DNA of 64,000 nt. It comes from Acidimicrobiia bacterium (GTDB taxonomy: Bacteria > Actinomycetota > Acidimicrobiia > Spongiisociales > ZC4RG35). The position numbers were made by a program, and so were the translations under genes. The stretch is from the NCBI GenBank assembly GCA_965203555.1, contig CBDBCY010000004.1:960001-1024000 (forward strand), read 5' to 3'. The notes beneath the pieces are model-generated. The model had not been told where the DNA came from, did no database searches, and saw only the letters and a list, made by a program, of their open reading frames with translations. Below are positions 9,739-19,255 of the stretch, piece by piece (positions within the stretch are counted from its first letter, which is position 1; the number at the start of each line of letters is the position of its first letter).

Positions 9739-10611
9739 ATGGATGCGGTTCGCTCGATGCTCTTCACCCCCGGGCATCGTCCCGATTTGATAGCCAAGGC
9801 TTGCGGGTCGGCGGCGGATGCCGTGATCGTGGACCTGGAAGATGCGGTGGCGACCAGCGCCAAGGACCAGGCCCGCTCCAACCTCGCCTCCCTCCCCGAC
9901 AGCGTCATTCCGGTTTTCGTCCGCGTCAACGGGTTTGAGACGGGGTTGACGTGGGAAGACATCGTGGCGGCCGTACACGCCGGCGTGGCAGGGGTGATCC
10001 TTCCCAAGGCCGAAGACCGAAACGTGTTACTGAAGATTTGCGGCGCCCTCAGCGCCTTGGAAACAGCCACCGGGCAACCGGAGGGCTCTATTGCCCTGAT
10101 CCCGATGATCGAGACCGCGGCGGGGGTGCAAAACGCCTTCGAGATTCTCGACGGATGCCCCCGAGTGGAGGCGGTGATGTTCGGCAGCGGTGAGCAGGGA
10201 GACCTGGTTGCCGACCTCGGCGTGCAGTGGGAGCCCGCCGGAACGGGTCTCCACTACTCCCGGTCGCGAGTGCTCCTGGCCGCTCGTGCGGCAGGCGTTC
10301 CCCACCCCATGGACGGCGTGTTCATGAACTTCCGGGACCAGGACGCTTTGCGTGTCGAGAGCCAACTTGCCCGTCGCATGGGCTACGTCGCCAAACTCGC
10401 CATCCACCCGGCCCAGGTGGGCGTCATCAACGAAGTCTTTACCCCCACTCCCGAGGAGGTGGCTCGCCACCGGGCAATCCTTGAGGAGTTCGAGAAAGCC
10501 GAGGCAGAGGGAACCGCCTCAATAGACGCCGACGGCCGGATGGTCGACTACGCAGTGGCAAGAACCGCCAGATCAGTGCTGGCCCGCGCCGAAGCTGCAC
10601 GGCGCCCGTAG
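9739..10611 (+). CDS. HpcH/HpaI aldolase / citrate lyase beta (CitE-like) CoA-ester lyase
   Basis: RSMLFTPG, DLEDAV, VRVN, LPKAE, MIETA, AIHPAQV, GRMVD. AGGAG RBS upstream. Confidence 0.92.
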   Translation: MDAVRSMLFTPGHRPDLIAKACGSAADAVIVDLEDAVATSAKDQARSNLASLPDSVIPVFVRVNGFETGLTWEDIVAAVHAGVAGVILPKAEDRNVLLKICGALSALETATGQPEGSIALIPMIETAAGVQNAFEILDGCPRVEAVMFGSGEQGDLVADLGVQWEPAGTGLHYSRSRVLLAARAAGVPHPMDGVFMNFRDQDALRVESQLARRMGYVAKLAIHPAQVGVINEVFTPTPEEVARHRAILEEFEKAEAEGTASIDADGRMVDYAVARTARSVLARAEAARRP

Positions 10612-10916
10612 AATCACCGCAACGACGGTGAAGTTCGGTGTTCTTTTCTCTAGGCTGTGAGACGTGACCTGTCCCAAAAAACGCAAATCTGACCTTTCGC
10701 GCCGGGATGGGTTCGGAGAGTACCTACTCACTGAAACCAAGGAGACAACCCTCGCCTCTGGCAGCAGTCCAGAAGGGAAGCCTGTCGGCGGTTTGGAGGT
10801 TCCCCTGAAGGGAGCATTCCGCGGCCAGGAACTGTTGAAGGCTTTGGCAGAAGACCGGGCGCTCGATCGCTATTGAAATATTCTCTCTAGAACCTTCAGC
10901 ACCGTGTCCGTCGCCT

Positions 10917-11339
10917 TCAGAGGCAAGCATTCACACATTCGATTTCTCTCCGACCTGACGCCCAACTCAAAGTCTTCCGATCAGATGTGACCATCCTCCG
11001 TCGGGTAACGATCGCAGTCGCGGTGATCAACTGGTCAGCGGGATCCGCATGGAACCCGTGGAGAGCCTTCAGCGATCCGGCCAGAATTGCGATCTCGGAG
11101 GTGACCGGAATCTCGTGAACTCCTTCCCCCAGCAGGTCTCGAAACCACCTTGCTGGTGCTCCAGGGAGATCGATTCTGTCGGCCCAATGAAGGCGAGTGG
11201 CTTCCAGCATCGATACAGCCGAGAATCTGACGGAACCTCCATCAGAAGCCTGGTCGATCACAACCCTGGCCCTGGCACCGAGTCGAGGGCTGCCTTGCGC
11301 CACCCAGATCAAAGCATCCGTATCCAGCAGGAGATCCAT
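10917..11339 (-). CDS. vapC: Type II TA toxin, PIN-domain VapC family
   Basis: LLLDTDALIW, SAVSMLE, HADPADQLI, VTSD. Confidence 0.9.
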   Translation of the reverse strand: MDLLLDTDALIWVAQGSPRLGARARVVIDQASDGGSVRFSAVSMLEATRLHWADRIDLPGAPARWFRDLLGEGVHEIPVTSEIAILAGSLKALHGFHADPADQLITATAIVTRRRMVTSDRKTLSWASGRREIECVNACL

Positions 11340-11349
11340 CTGAATCTCC

Positions 11350-11631
11350 TTATTCCTTGGGAATTCCAGTCAGGACTCTCTCAGGATCGGAGACAATATG
11401 CCAGTCCTCCGTGGGAATGGCTGGTTTCGTGAAGTCTTCGTCTATACGGATTCCCTTGCTCCATCCAAAGAGACTTCTCTTGGGCCGTTCCACCACCGGC
11501 ATCACCGCGGCGACAGGCCTCCCGTGTTTGGTAACGATCAGCCCCTCACCGGTGGCGTTCACCTCATCAATGAGCTTCAAACACTGATTGCGAAACTGTG
11601 TCGCTGGAATGGTTTTGGTAGTGACATTCAA
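11350..11631 (-). CDS. Type II TA antitoxin, Phd/YefM family
   Basis: IPATQFRNQCLKLIDEV...IVTKHGRPVA; directly upstream of the PIN toxin. Confidence 0.9.
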   Translation of the reverse strand: MNVTTKTIPATQFRNQCLKLIDEVNATGEGLIVTKHGRPVAAVMPVVERPKRSLFGWSKGIRIDEDFTKPAIPTEDWHIVSDPERVLTGIPKE

Positions 11632-11789
11632 TAGGATGCCCTCCTTGTTATGTACAGATTATAACGTCCATTTTTAACAAATGGCTTCGGTTACTTTCCA
11701 CCTCTTTGCAGAGAGACCCTCTCTGGCCCTCTGGCGACCCACCTTATTGAAGATGGAAGCCTGAAATTGGCATTGGGATGAAACGGGTC

Positions 11790-13064
11790 TCAGAAGTCGA
11801 TAACCGTGATCTCGTCGATCGGCCAGCGGGTTAGGACTTCGGCGCCGTTTTCGCGGACCACGATCATCTCTTCCACCCGCATACCTGAGTCACCGTCGGG
11901 TTCCTGGGTCTCCACTGCCATAACCATGCCTTCCTGGATCTCGATGGGATGGTCCACTGAGACTCCTCGCCAGATCAGCGGGCGTTCGTACAACTGGAGT
12001 CCCAAGCCGTGCGCCCACTGGTTGGTGGTCATCTGCCAGTAGTGCTGGGCGCCGTACCAGTCCATGTGCTCGCCGTCCCGGTCGGGGAACATCATGGCCA
12101 CCTCGCCGGTGGTCACGCCGGGGCGGATCGCTTCTATGGCGTCGTACAACCAGTCGCGGGCGCGTTGGTAGGCGTCGATGGAGCGTTGTTTGGGCTTGCC
12201 GATGGAGAAGGTCCGGTATACGCACGACCGGTAACCCTGGAACGTGGCGCTGTAGAAGTCGGCGTACATGATGTCTCCGGGGCGGAGCATCCGGTCGGTG
12301 GTGTTGGCCTGGTGCTTGGGCCAGGTGTTCGGGCCGCTGGTGAGATACCCGCCTTCCACCGTGCCTCCCCGGCGCAGGACCGCCTCCACCGCCGCTCCCC
12401 ATATCTCCTGCTCGAGCATCCCCGGCTCGGCGGTCTTCTTGATCGCCATGAACCCGGCCTCACAGATCGCCGAGAGAACCCGAAAACACTCGATCTCGTC
12501 CTTCGTCTTGGTCTGGCGGGCGGTGTGCAGGGCATCCGCCGCTCCTTCTCGGACATCCAGTCCCCGCTCCCGCAACTTGGCCGCCAGAGCCGGTTGAGTG
12601 GCGTCGATGCCGACCGGATCGCGGTGGACGTCATAGTCGTGAGCAGCTTCGACGATCAGATCCGCCATGGTGTTCAGCAGGAACTCCCGGGCCGAGGGCG
12701 AGCCGCTGGCGCGGGGCACGTTTCCCAAACCGGGCGCCGCGTAGCGAATGTCGGGCAGCCAGGGACAGTTGGCCCGCTCGTTGCTGGCGTGATCGGCGGT
12801 GTCCCAGTGCACTATGTCCCCTCCGGCGGTGAGGAAACTGTAGTGGTCGGCGCCGGAGCCGCCCAGCATGGCCAAGCCGGTGACGTACCGAATGTTGGGG
12901 TCGTCCAGCAAGAGCACCGAGCCCAGCCCCGCCTCGGCGATGTAATGCTGAGCCCGGGCTTTGCGCTCGTCGCGCATCCGGGCCATATTGATCCGCTCCT
13001 CCCAGTCCACGGCCATCGTCCCCAAGGTGCCCTCCATGTACGTCGGCTCGTAAAGGCTCATCAT
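11790..13064 (-). CDS. M24 family (Xaa-Pro peptidase/creatinase-like) hydrolase
   Basis: Creatinase-type N-domain, KTKDEI, AHGLGL, VETQ, RVEEMIVV. Confidence 0.88.
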   Translation of the reverse strand: MMSLYEPTYMEGTLGTMAVDWEERINMARMRDERKARAQHYIAEAGLGSVLLLDDPNIRYVTGLAMLGGSGADHYSFLTAGGDIVHWDTADHASNERANCPWLPDIRYAAPGLGNVPRASGSPSAREFLLNTMADLIVEAAHDYDVHRDPVGIDATQPALAAKLRERGLDVREGAADALHTARQTKTKDEIECFRVLSAICEAGFMAIKKTAEPGMLEQEIWGAAVEAVLRRGGTVEGGYLTSGPNTWPKHQANTTDRMLRPGDIMYADFYSATFQGYRSCVYRTFSIGKPKQRSIDAYQRARDWLYDAIEAIRPGVTTGEVAMMFPDRDGEHMDWYGAQHYWQMTTNQWAHGLGLQLYERPLIWRGVSVDHPIEIQEGMVMAVETQEPDGDSGMRVEEMIVVRENGAEVLTRWPIDEITVIDF

Positions 13065-13092
13065 GCCCCCTTCGTTGCGTAGGTTTCAGATG

Positions 13093-14244
13093 TCATGTTG
13101 ATTGAAGAGACTCCAGTCGGGCTACGATGGCCGCCAGAAAAACGGCGCCCTCCATCCCGTCGAACACCCGGTGGTCTCCCGACAGGGTGAGTCGCACGGT
13201 GGGCGCCGCAGTCAGGCGCCCGTCCACCACGATCGGCCTGGGCTTCACCGCCCCGACCGCCAGGATGCCTGCCTCGGGTGGGTTGACCAGGGCAACGAAC
13301 TCGTCCACGCCCGCCCCTCCCAGATTGGAGACCGTGAACGTACCACCCTGTAGCTGGTCACCTCGCAATCTACCTCTCCGGACCGCGGCTTCGATCCGGC
13401 GACGTTCCGAGGCCATCTCCGCGAGGCTGAGAGCGGCGGCGTTACGGATCACCGGGACGATGAGCCCTTCATCGACCGCCACGGCCAACCCGAGATTGAC
13501 CTGGGAGTGAACTCGAACCGAGGGAGGGTCCTCATCGATCCAACTGGAGTTCACCGCCGGTGTCTGCTCAAGAGCCTGGGCCGTGGCCCAAAGCAGAATG
13601 TCGGTGTAACCGGCCTTCGGTCCCTTGCCGGAGTGTTCGAGCCGTTCCAGAACAACCTCTCGCATCAGTTGAAACTGCGGGACCGCGGCCGACTTGGACA
13701 TCTGCGCGGCAATGGCCCGCCGCATCCTCGACAGCTTCCGGTCTCCTTCCACCGGCGATCGGGCCTGCTCGTGGGCCCGCCCCACGTCATCGGCGGTGAC
13801 CCTCCCGCCGGGTCCCGTGCCTTCCACTTCCGCCAGGTCCACACCCAATTCGGCTGCCCGACGGCGGGCAAGAGGCGACACTGGTTTGCGGCGAGTCCTT
13901 CTCGCCACAGGCCTGGGCGCGCCTTCTCGGACGGCTGAGGCTGCTGGGCGCCCGTGATCGGAAGGATGTGGAACGGTCCGGGAGGGGGCGGAAGGCGGTT
14001 GACCGGCGGGATCGTCCGCGATCCAGGCGATCGGTTCTCCGGTGGCGGCTCTGCCGCCCGGATCCATCAGGACCGCCACGAGGAAACCTCCGGTGGGCGC
14101 CTCGAACGCCACTTCGGCCTTGTCCGTCTCGATAACCGCCAGGACCTCTCCCTCCCTGACCTCATCTCCCACCGACTTGAGCCACTCCACGATCACTCCC
14201 TCCTCCATGTCCTGGCCCAGTCGGGGCATCCTCACCAGCCGCAT
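13093..14244 (-). CDS. 2-oxoacid dehydrogenase E2 (dihydrolipoamide acyltransferase)
   Basis: Lipoyl motif ETDKA, E3-binding SPLARRRA..GTGPGGRVT, catalytic DHRVFDG. Confidence 0.93.
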   Translation of the reverse strand: MRLVRMPRLGQDMEEGVIVEWLKSVGDEVREGEVLAVIETDKAEVAFEAPTGGFLVAVLMDPGGRAATGEPIAWIADDPAGQPPSAPSRTVPHPSDHGRPAASAVREGAPRPVARRTRRKPVSPLARRRAAELGVDLAEVEGTGPGGRVTADDVGRAHEQARSPVEGDRKLSRMRRAIAAQMSKSAAVPQFQLMREVVLERLEHSGKGPKAGYTDILLWATAQALEQTPAVNSSWIDEDPPSVRVHSQVNLGLAVAVDEGLIVPVIRNAAALSLAEMASERRRIEAAVRRGRLRGDQLQGGTFTVSNLGGAGVDEFVALVNPPEAGILAVGAVKPRPIVVDGRLTAAPTVRLTLSGDHRVFDGMEGAVFLAAIVARLESLQST

Positions 14245-14277
14245 GGTCTCCGGTCCTTCCGACTCCTTGACATGGCC

Positions 14278-15030
14278 CTAGTGCAGCGTCCAGCCGCCGT
14301 CGGCGGTGACTATCGCTCCGGTGACGAAGCTCGGGTCGTCCGAGGCCAGGAAGGCTATCACCGCCGCGATCTCTTCAGGCTCGCCGTGCCGGCCCATCGG
14401 CGTACCGGCCAGCATCTCCGACCAACTTTCCGGGTCCTCCCGCAGGTCGGCGTTCATTGCGGTGGCGATCACGCCCGGAGACACCGCGTTGACACGGATC
14501 CCGTACGGCGCGGTCTCGAACGCCGCCGAGCGTGTGAGCATGGTTATCGCCCCCTTGGAGGCGGTGTAGGCCACATGTCCACGGCCCGGAAGCACTGCTT
14601 CGATGGAGGCCACGTTCACTATCGCGCCGCCGATCCCGGCCTCGATCATGGATGCGACCACATCCCTGGACAGCAGAAACGGCGCCCTCAAGTTGACGTC
14701 GAACGTCAGATCCCAGGATTCCCGAGAGTGCTCCAGTGTCGCTTCGCGGATCAGGATCGCCGCTGCGTTGACCAGGATGTGAATCTGGTTGTCCCAGTGC
14801 CTGAGCGCCGCTGCCACGACCTTTTCACATGACGATGCGAGGCTCAGATCGGCAGTGAATCCGACATGGCCCGCACCCAGGGTGTCGACCACCTTTGCCA
14901 GACCCTCCTCGTCCCGATCCACGCAGAACAGGTTGGCGCCGTCCGCCGCCAACCTGACGGCGGTGGCTCTCCCGATTCCCGAGGCGACTCCGGTGACGAT
15001 GGCGTTCTTTCCTGAAAGCTTCCCACTCAT
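14278..15030 (-). CDS. SDR family oxidoreductase
   Basis: TGVASGIG, NAA, YTASKG, NAVSPG, DGG. Confidence 0.93.
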   Translation of the reverse strand: MSGKLSGKNAIVTGVASGIGRATAVRLAADGANLFCVDRDEEGLAKVVDTLGAGHVGFTADLSLASSCEKVVAAALRHWDNQIHILVNAAAILIREATLEHSRESWDLTFDVNLRAPFLLSRDVVASMIEAGIGGAIVNVASIEAVLPGRGHVAYTASKGAITMLTRSAAFETAPYGIRVNAVSPGVIATAMNADLREDPESWSEMLAGTPMGRHGEPEEIAAVIAFLASDDPSFVTGAIVTADGGWTLH

Positions 15031-15779
15031 TGCAGCATGTATCCCCCGTCGGCATACAGGGCTGTGCCGGTCACGAAAGCGGCGTCGTCACTGAGCAGGA
15101 AGAAGACGCAGGCGCCGATGTCCTCCGGCCTCCCCAACCGGCCGATGGGCATGAGTTCGGGGGCCTGTCGGCGGTACACATCTGGGGTCATCTCGGTATC
15201 CACCGAACCGGGGCTGACCGCGTTCACCCTGATTCCCAGCGGCCCCCACTCCAGCGCCAGAACCTTGGTCATGGAGAGGAGGCCTCCCTTCGAGGAGGCG
15301 TAGGGGACCTGGTCCGGATAGGCGATGGTGTCCTCGGCCGAACTGATATTGACGATCGCTCCGGTCAAGCCGTTCCCAACCCAGTGGTTCGCCGCGGCCT
15401 GGCAGAGGAAAAAGGGTGCGGTGAGATTGGTGGCGATCGTCTCGTCGAGGTTGCTCTCGGACTGGGTCCAGAAGGGAGCAAAGAAATTGACTGCCGCATT
15501 GTTGACCAATCCGTCCAGGCGTCCGAAGCTGTCAAGAGCGGCACGGAGCAACCGGGAGGGGGTTTGGGGATCCTTCAGGTCGGCCACTACCACCACCGCC
15601 GCCGAGCCTGCCTGTTCGACCAGTGCCCGGGTGGTCTCCAGGTCCTGGCGGGTGCGGGAGGTGATGACCAGGTTGTATCCCCGCTCGGCCAGCGTGGTCG
15701 CGATTCCCTTTCCGATTCCCCGTCCGGCGCCGGTGAGGATCGCAACCCGCTTTTCTCCTCGATGAACGGTCAACGTCAT
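15027..15779 (-). CDS. SDR family oxidoreductase
   Basis: TGAGRGIG, NNAA, YASSKG, NAVSPG. Start MTLTVH overlaps the upstream stop. Confidence 0.92.
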   Translation of the reverse strand: MTLTVHRGEKRVAILTGAGRGIGKGIATTLAERGYNLVITSRTRQDLETTRALVEQAGSAAVVVVADLKDPQTPSRLLRAALDSFGRLDGLVNNAAVNFFAPFWTQSESNLDETIATNLTAPFFLCQAAANHWVGNGLTGAIVNISSAEDTIAYPDQVPYASSKGGLLSMTKVLALEWGPLGIRVNAVSPGSVDTEMTPDVYRRQAPELMPIGRLGRPEDIGACVFFLLSDDAAFVTGTALYADGGYMLQ

Positions 15780-17131
15780 GCCGCCATCCCCAGTACCGCG
15801 TCCAACGCCGTGGCCGACCGGTCGATGTCGGATTCGGTGTGGCCGTAACCCACCACCCCGGGATGGACCGGCGGCCAGAAGATCCCATGGGCGCACATAC
15901 CCAGCAGTACCGCGCTCAGCAGATCGTGGTCGCCCGCCAGAATCTCCCGGCGGTTGCGAGGCGGCGCCGCGGTGAAATGCAATTGGAATATCGAGCCGAA
16001 TCCGGTGATCTGTCCCATTCCATGCGAATCCAGCACCTCTTGCAGCGTGGACATCAATCTGGCGCCCAGGTAATCGACGTACTCCAGCACCGGTTCCCGG
16101 TCCACAATATCAAAGACCGCCATCCCGGCCGCCAACGACAGGGGATTGCCTGTGAAGGTACCGGAATGGAATATACGGGTCCCCTTGGCGATCGAATCGG
16201 GACCAAGCACCGCCTCCATGATGTCAGCCCGACCACCCAGGGCGGACAGTGGCAGACCTCCCCCGATCGCCTTCCCCAGGCAGGCCAAGTCCGGAGTCAC
16301 TCCCAGATACCCGGGCGCACCGGCGGTTCCCAGGCGCAAGCCCGTCACCACCTCGTCAAAGATCAACACGATCCCATTCTTGCCGGTGACCTCACGAACC
16401 GCCCTTGCGAAGTGGCGATCGGCAGCCACTCCGCCACCGGTTGAGAATGCCACGGGCTCCATCACCACGGCCGCCAGTTCTCCGGCATGTTCGGCAATGA
16501 GGGAGGCCGCGTTCTCCGCGTCGTTGTAGGGGAGCAACAGGACCTCTTCCGCAATCCGGGCCGGGACCCCGGCCGAGTCGAAAACCGGTTGGGGTCGATG
16601 GGGCGGCCCGGCCACCTGCCGAGACCCCGACGAGACCAGGAAATAGTCGTCGGACCCGTGATAATTCCCCTCGAACTTGCCGTAACGCGTCTTGCCGGTG
16701 ACTGCCCGCGCCGCTCGCAGGGCTGTTCGGACGGCCTCCGATCCGGTGTTGGCGAAGCGGACACGTTCCAGATAGGGCATCATTTCCCGCAACCGCTCCG
16801 CGAATCGCTGCTCGATGGGAGTTGGCGCCATCACCGTGGCCAACCGGCCGATCTGCTCCCGTACAGCCGCTATCACCGCGGGATGAGAATGGCCCAGCAG
16901 GGAAGAACCCGCGCCCATCAGGTAGTCGACATAGTCGTTTCCGTCAACGTCTGTCACATGCCCTCCCCGGCCGGAAGCCAGCACCACCGGATAGGGCTCA
17001 TAGAACTTGGCCGCCCCCGAAACGCCCATCGGCAGGACGCCGATGCTCTCTTCCCACAAAGCTCTCGAACCGGGCGTCCGCGCCCGGTAGAGGGCTTCGA
17101 TCTTCCCCCGAAACGGCGCCGGATCCCTCAT
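15776..17131 (-). CDS. Class III aminotransferase (glutamate-1-semialdehyde aminomutase-like)
   Basis: DVDGNDYVD, NTGSEA, FEGNYHG, FDEVVTGLR, LGKAIGGGLP, SGTFTGNP. Confidence 0.92.
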   Translation of the reverse strand: MRDPAPFRGKIEALYRARTPGSRALWEESIGVLPMGVSGAAKFYEPYPVVLASGRGGHVTDVDGNDYVDYLMGAGSSLLGHSHPAVIAAVREQIGRLATVMAPTPIEQRFAERLREMMPYLERVRFANTGSEAVRTALRAARAVTGKTRYGKFEGNYHGSDDYFLVSSGSRQVAGPPHRPQPVFDSAGVPARIAEEVLLLPYNDAENAASLIAEHAGELAAVVMEPVAFSTGGGVAADRHFARAVREVTGKNGIVLIFDEVVTGLRLGTAGAPGYLGVTPDLACLGKAIGGGLPLSALGGRADIMEAVLGPDSIAKGTRIFHSGTFTGNPLSLAAGMAVFDIVDREPVLEYVDYLGARLMSTLQEVLDSHGMGQITGFGSIFQLHFTAAPPRNRREILAGDHDLLSAVLLGMCAHGIFWPPVHPGVVGYGHTESDIDRSATALDAVLGMAA

Positions 17132-17464
17132 CCTCTGCGCACTCCCCGGACAAACTCGGCAGAAAGGCAACGACCAAGAACCCCCGGCTCGCGAAACCCC
17201 ACCGCTAAGTCGCGAAAACCGATCTTCTTCTCACCCTCAGGGCCCACCCCCGCCACCACCGCCGTCGGATGAAGGGCGCGATCCGGTGAGTGGGCCGGAG
17301 GGCTTCCTCCTGTATGAGTATGACCTCTCTTGGATATGGCGGTCTGAACGACGTCGGAACGGACCGGGAGGTGTTTTCGTGACAATGTCAGTGTGTATCG
17401 AAGGGGTGACGGTAACAACCCTTCGGGGCGTCTTTTTTTCGCGAACCGGTTCCCTGCCCTCATG

Positions 17465-19255
17465 TCAGCCGCCGTCTGCGCCTTCATCCCCGGCGCCGTC
17501 CCCCAGGACCCGGCGGCGGTCGAGGGTCGATTCCCGGTCGAGTGCTCCGTCATCGTCGAGCACCACCCCGTAGTCTTCGAAGGCGCTTCGGGCGGAGACG
17601 TAGCCGTACTCGACGTCGCGGACCACCGCCTCGGGGTCGCGCTCCAACGGATCACCGTATCCACCTCCCCCGGCCGTCTCCTGGCCGACCACCTGGTTGC
17701 GCTCCAAGGGGACCATCGACTTCTTGGCGCCGAACTCCGGGGCCGCCAATCGCTCCTGCGGCGTTCCGGGATCGAGCCGGTACCGGGCGGGCGCCCCGTG
17801 GTGGCCCCCGAACAGACCGTAGGGCGGGACCCGGACCCGGTTTCCTAGCACCGACAACTCCCCGGAAGGCGCAAGCAGCCGGTAATCACGCCTCACCGAC
17901 AAACCGCCCCGCCACTTGCCCGGCCCTCCCGAGTCCTGTCGAAGTTCGTAGCGGTCGATGCGGAGCGGGTACTTCATCTCGATCGCCTCCACGGGCAGGT
18001 TCCAGGTATTGCCCACTATCGAGTAGATGGCGCTCTGGCCGTCGCGGCCCTCGGCGCCGCCCCACCCGCCTTCGGGATACTCGTACAGGACGAAACGCTC
18101 CCCGTCGTCTCCAAAGCCGCTCAGGAACAGATTGTTGGAAGAACCCTGGTCGGCAGCCATCAAACGGACCGGGTTGGGGATGTCCCGGGGAATCTCGCCC
18201 AGAGCTCGATACACCGCGTTGTGGACCACCGACACGATCTCGTTGCCGCCCGTGCAGGCCGCCGGAAACCAGGGGTTGACGATGGTGCCCTCGGGAGCAA
18301 TAATCTCGACCGGGCGGTAACACCCCCCATTCGGAGGGATGGTGGGGTCGGTGCCGGCCTGAATGGTCATGTAGACCCCCGAGGCGGTGTAGCCCAGGAC
18401 ACTGTTCAACGGTCCCTCCACCTGCGGGTCGGTTCCGGTGAAGTCCACCACCACGCCGTCACCCCGCACCTTCACAGTTACCCGGACCGTGCGGGGAACA
18501 TCGGTTATACCGTCGTTATCCATGGAATCCTCGGCGTAGTAGTCACCGTCGGGCCATCCGGCGATGACCGAGCGAATTCGACGTTCCGAGTTGTCCATCT
18601 CTATCGCCATGCACTGTTCAACGGTTTCCAGTCCGTACCGTTCCACCAGTTCGATCAGGCGGCGGCGGGCGGTGAGATTGGCGGAAACCTGGCTCAAGAG
18701 GTCGGACCGCATGTTCTTGGGCAGCCGCACATTGGCCAGGATCATGTTCATGATCTCGTCGTCGATCTCCCCCTCTTTGATCAGCTTCACCGGCGGGATA
18801 CGCAAGCCCTCCTGGTAGTTCTCGCGCGCTTGGGCATAGAAGCTGCCGGGCACCGTGCCACCCACGTCCAGGTGATGGGCTCGGTTGGCGCCCCAGCCGA
18901 TCAACTGTCCCTGATAGAAAATGGGTGTCACCATCGTCACGTCCGGGAGGTGTGAACCACCGCGGAAGGGGTCGTTGAGAATGATCGAATCTCCGGGGCG
19001 GAACCGGTCGACACCTACTTCTTCGATGGAATAGTTCACCGAGTAGGGCAGGGACCCCAAATGGATGGGGAGGAACTCCCCGTGGCTCACCAGCTCGGTC
19101 TGGGCGTTGAAAATGCCGCAGGAATAGTCGTTTCCCTCATTGAAGATGGTGGAACTGGAGGTCTGGCGCATGGTGATGCCCATTTCCCGGGCGCCCGCGG
19201 CCAAGCCGCTGGTAACCACCTCGACGGTGACCGGATCAACCTGGTGGCGGGTCAC
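17465..19255 (-). CDS. Hydantoinase B / 5-oxoprolinase subunit
   Basis: DYSCG, PIHLGS, NDPFRGGSHLPD, HHLDVGG, EGLRIPP, DSGGPGKWRGG, GGGGYGDPLER. Confidence 0.93.
   Translation of the reverse strand: MTRHQVDPVTVEVVTSGLAAGAREMGITMRQTSSSTIFNEGNDYSCGIFNAQTELVSHGEFLPIHLGSLPYSVNYSIEEVGVDRFRPGDSIILNDPFRGGSHLPDVTMVTPIFYQGQLIGWGANRAHHLDVGGTVPGSFYAQARENYQEGLRIPPVKLIKEGEIDDEIMNMILANVRLPKNMRSDLLSQVSANLTARRRLIELVERYGLETVEQCMAIEMDNSERRIRSVIAGWPDGDYYAEDSMDNDGITDVPRTVRVTVKVRGDGVVVDFTGTDPQVEGPLNSVLGYTASGVYMTIQAGTDPTIPPNGGCYRPVEIIAPEGTIVNPWFPAACTGGNEIVSVVHNAVYRALGEIPRDIPNPVRLMAADQGSSNNLFLSGFGDDGERFVLYEYPEGGWGGAEGRDGQSAIYSIVGNTWNLPVEAIEMKYPLRIDRYELRQDSGGPGKWRGGLSVRRDYRLLAPSGELSVLGNRVRVPPYGLFGGHHGAPARYRLDPGTPQERLAAPEFGAKKSMVPLERNQVVGQETAGGGGYGDPLERDPEAVVRDVEYGYVSARSAFEDYGVVLDDDGALDRESTLDRRRVLGDGAGDEGADGG

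Noticed and set aside
9681-10070. N-terminal extension of the second PTE ORF
   Set aside because: Antisense to the citE-like gene; the paralog alignment places the start at 9680.
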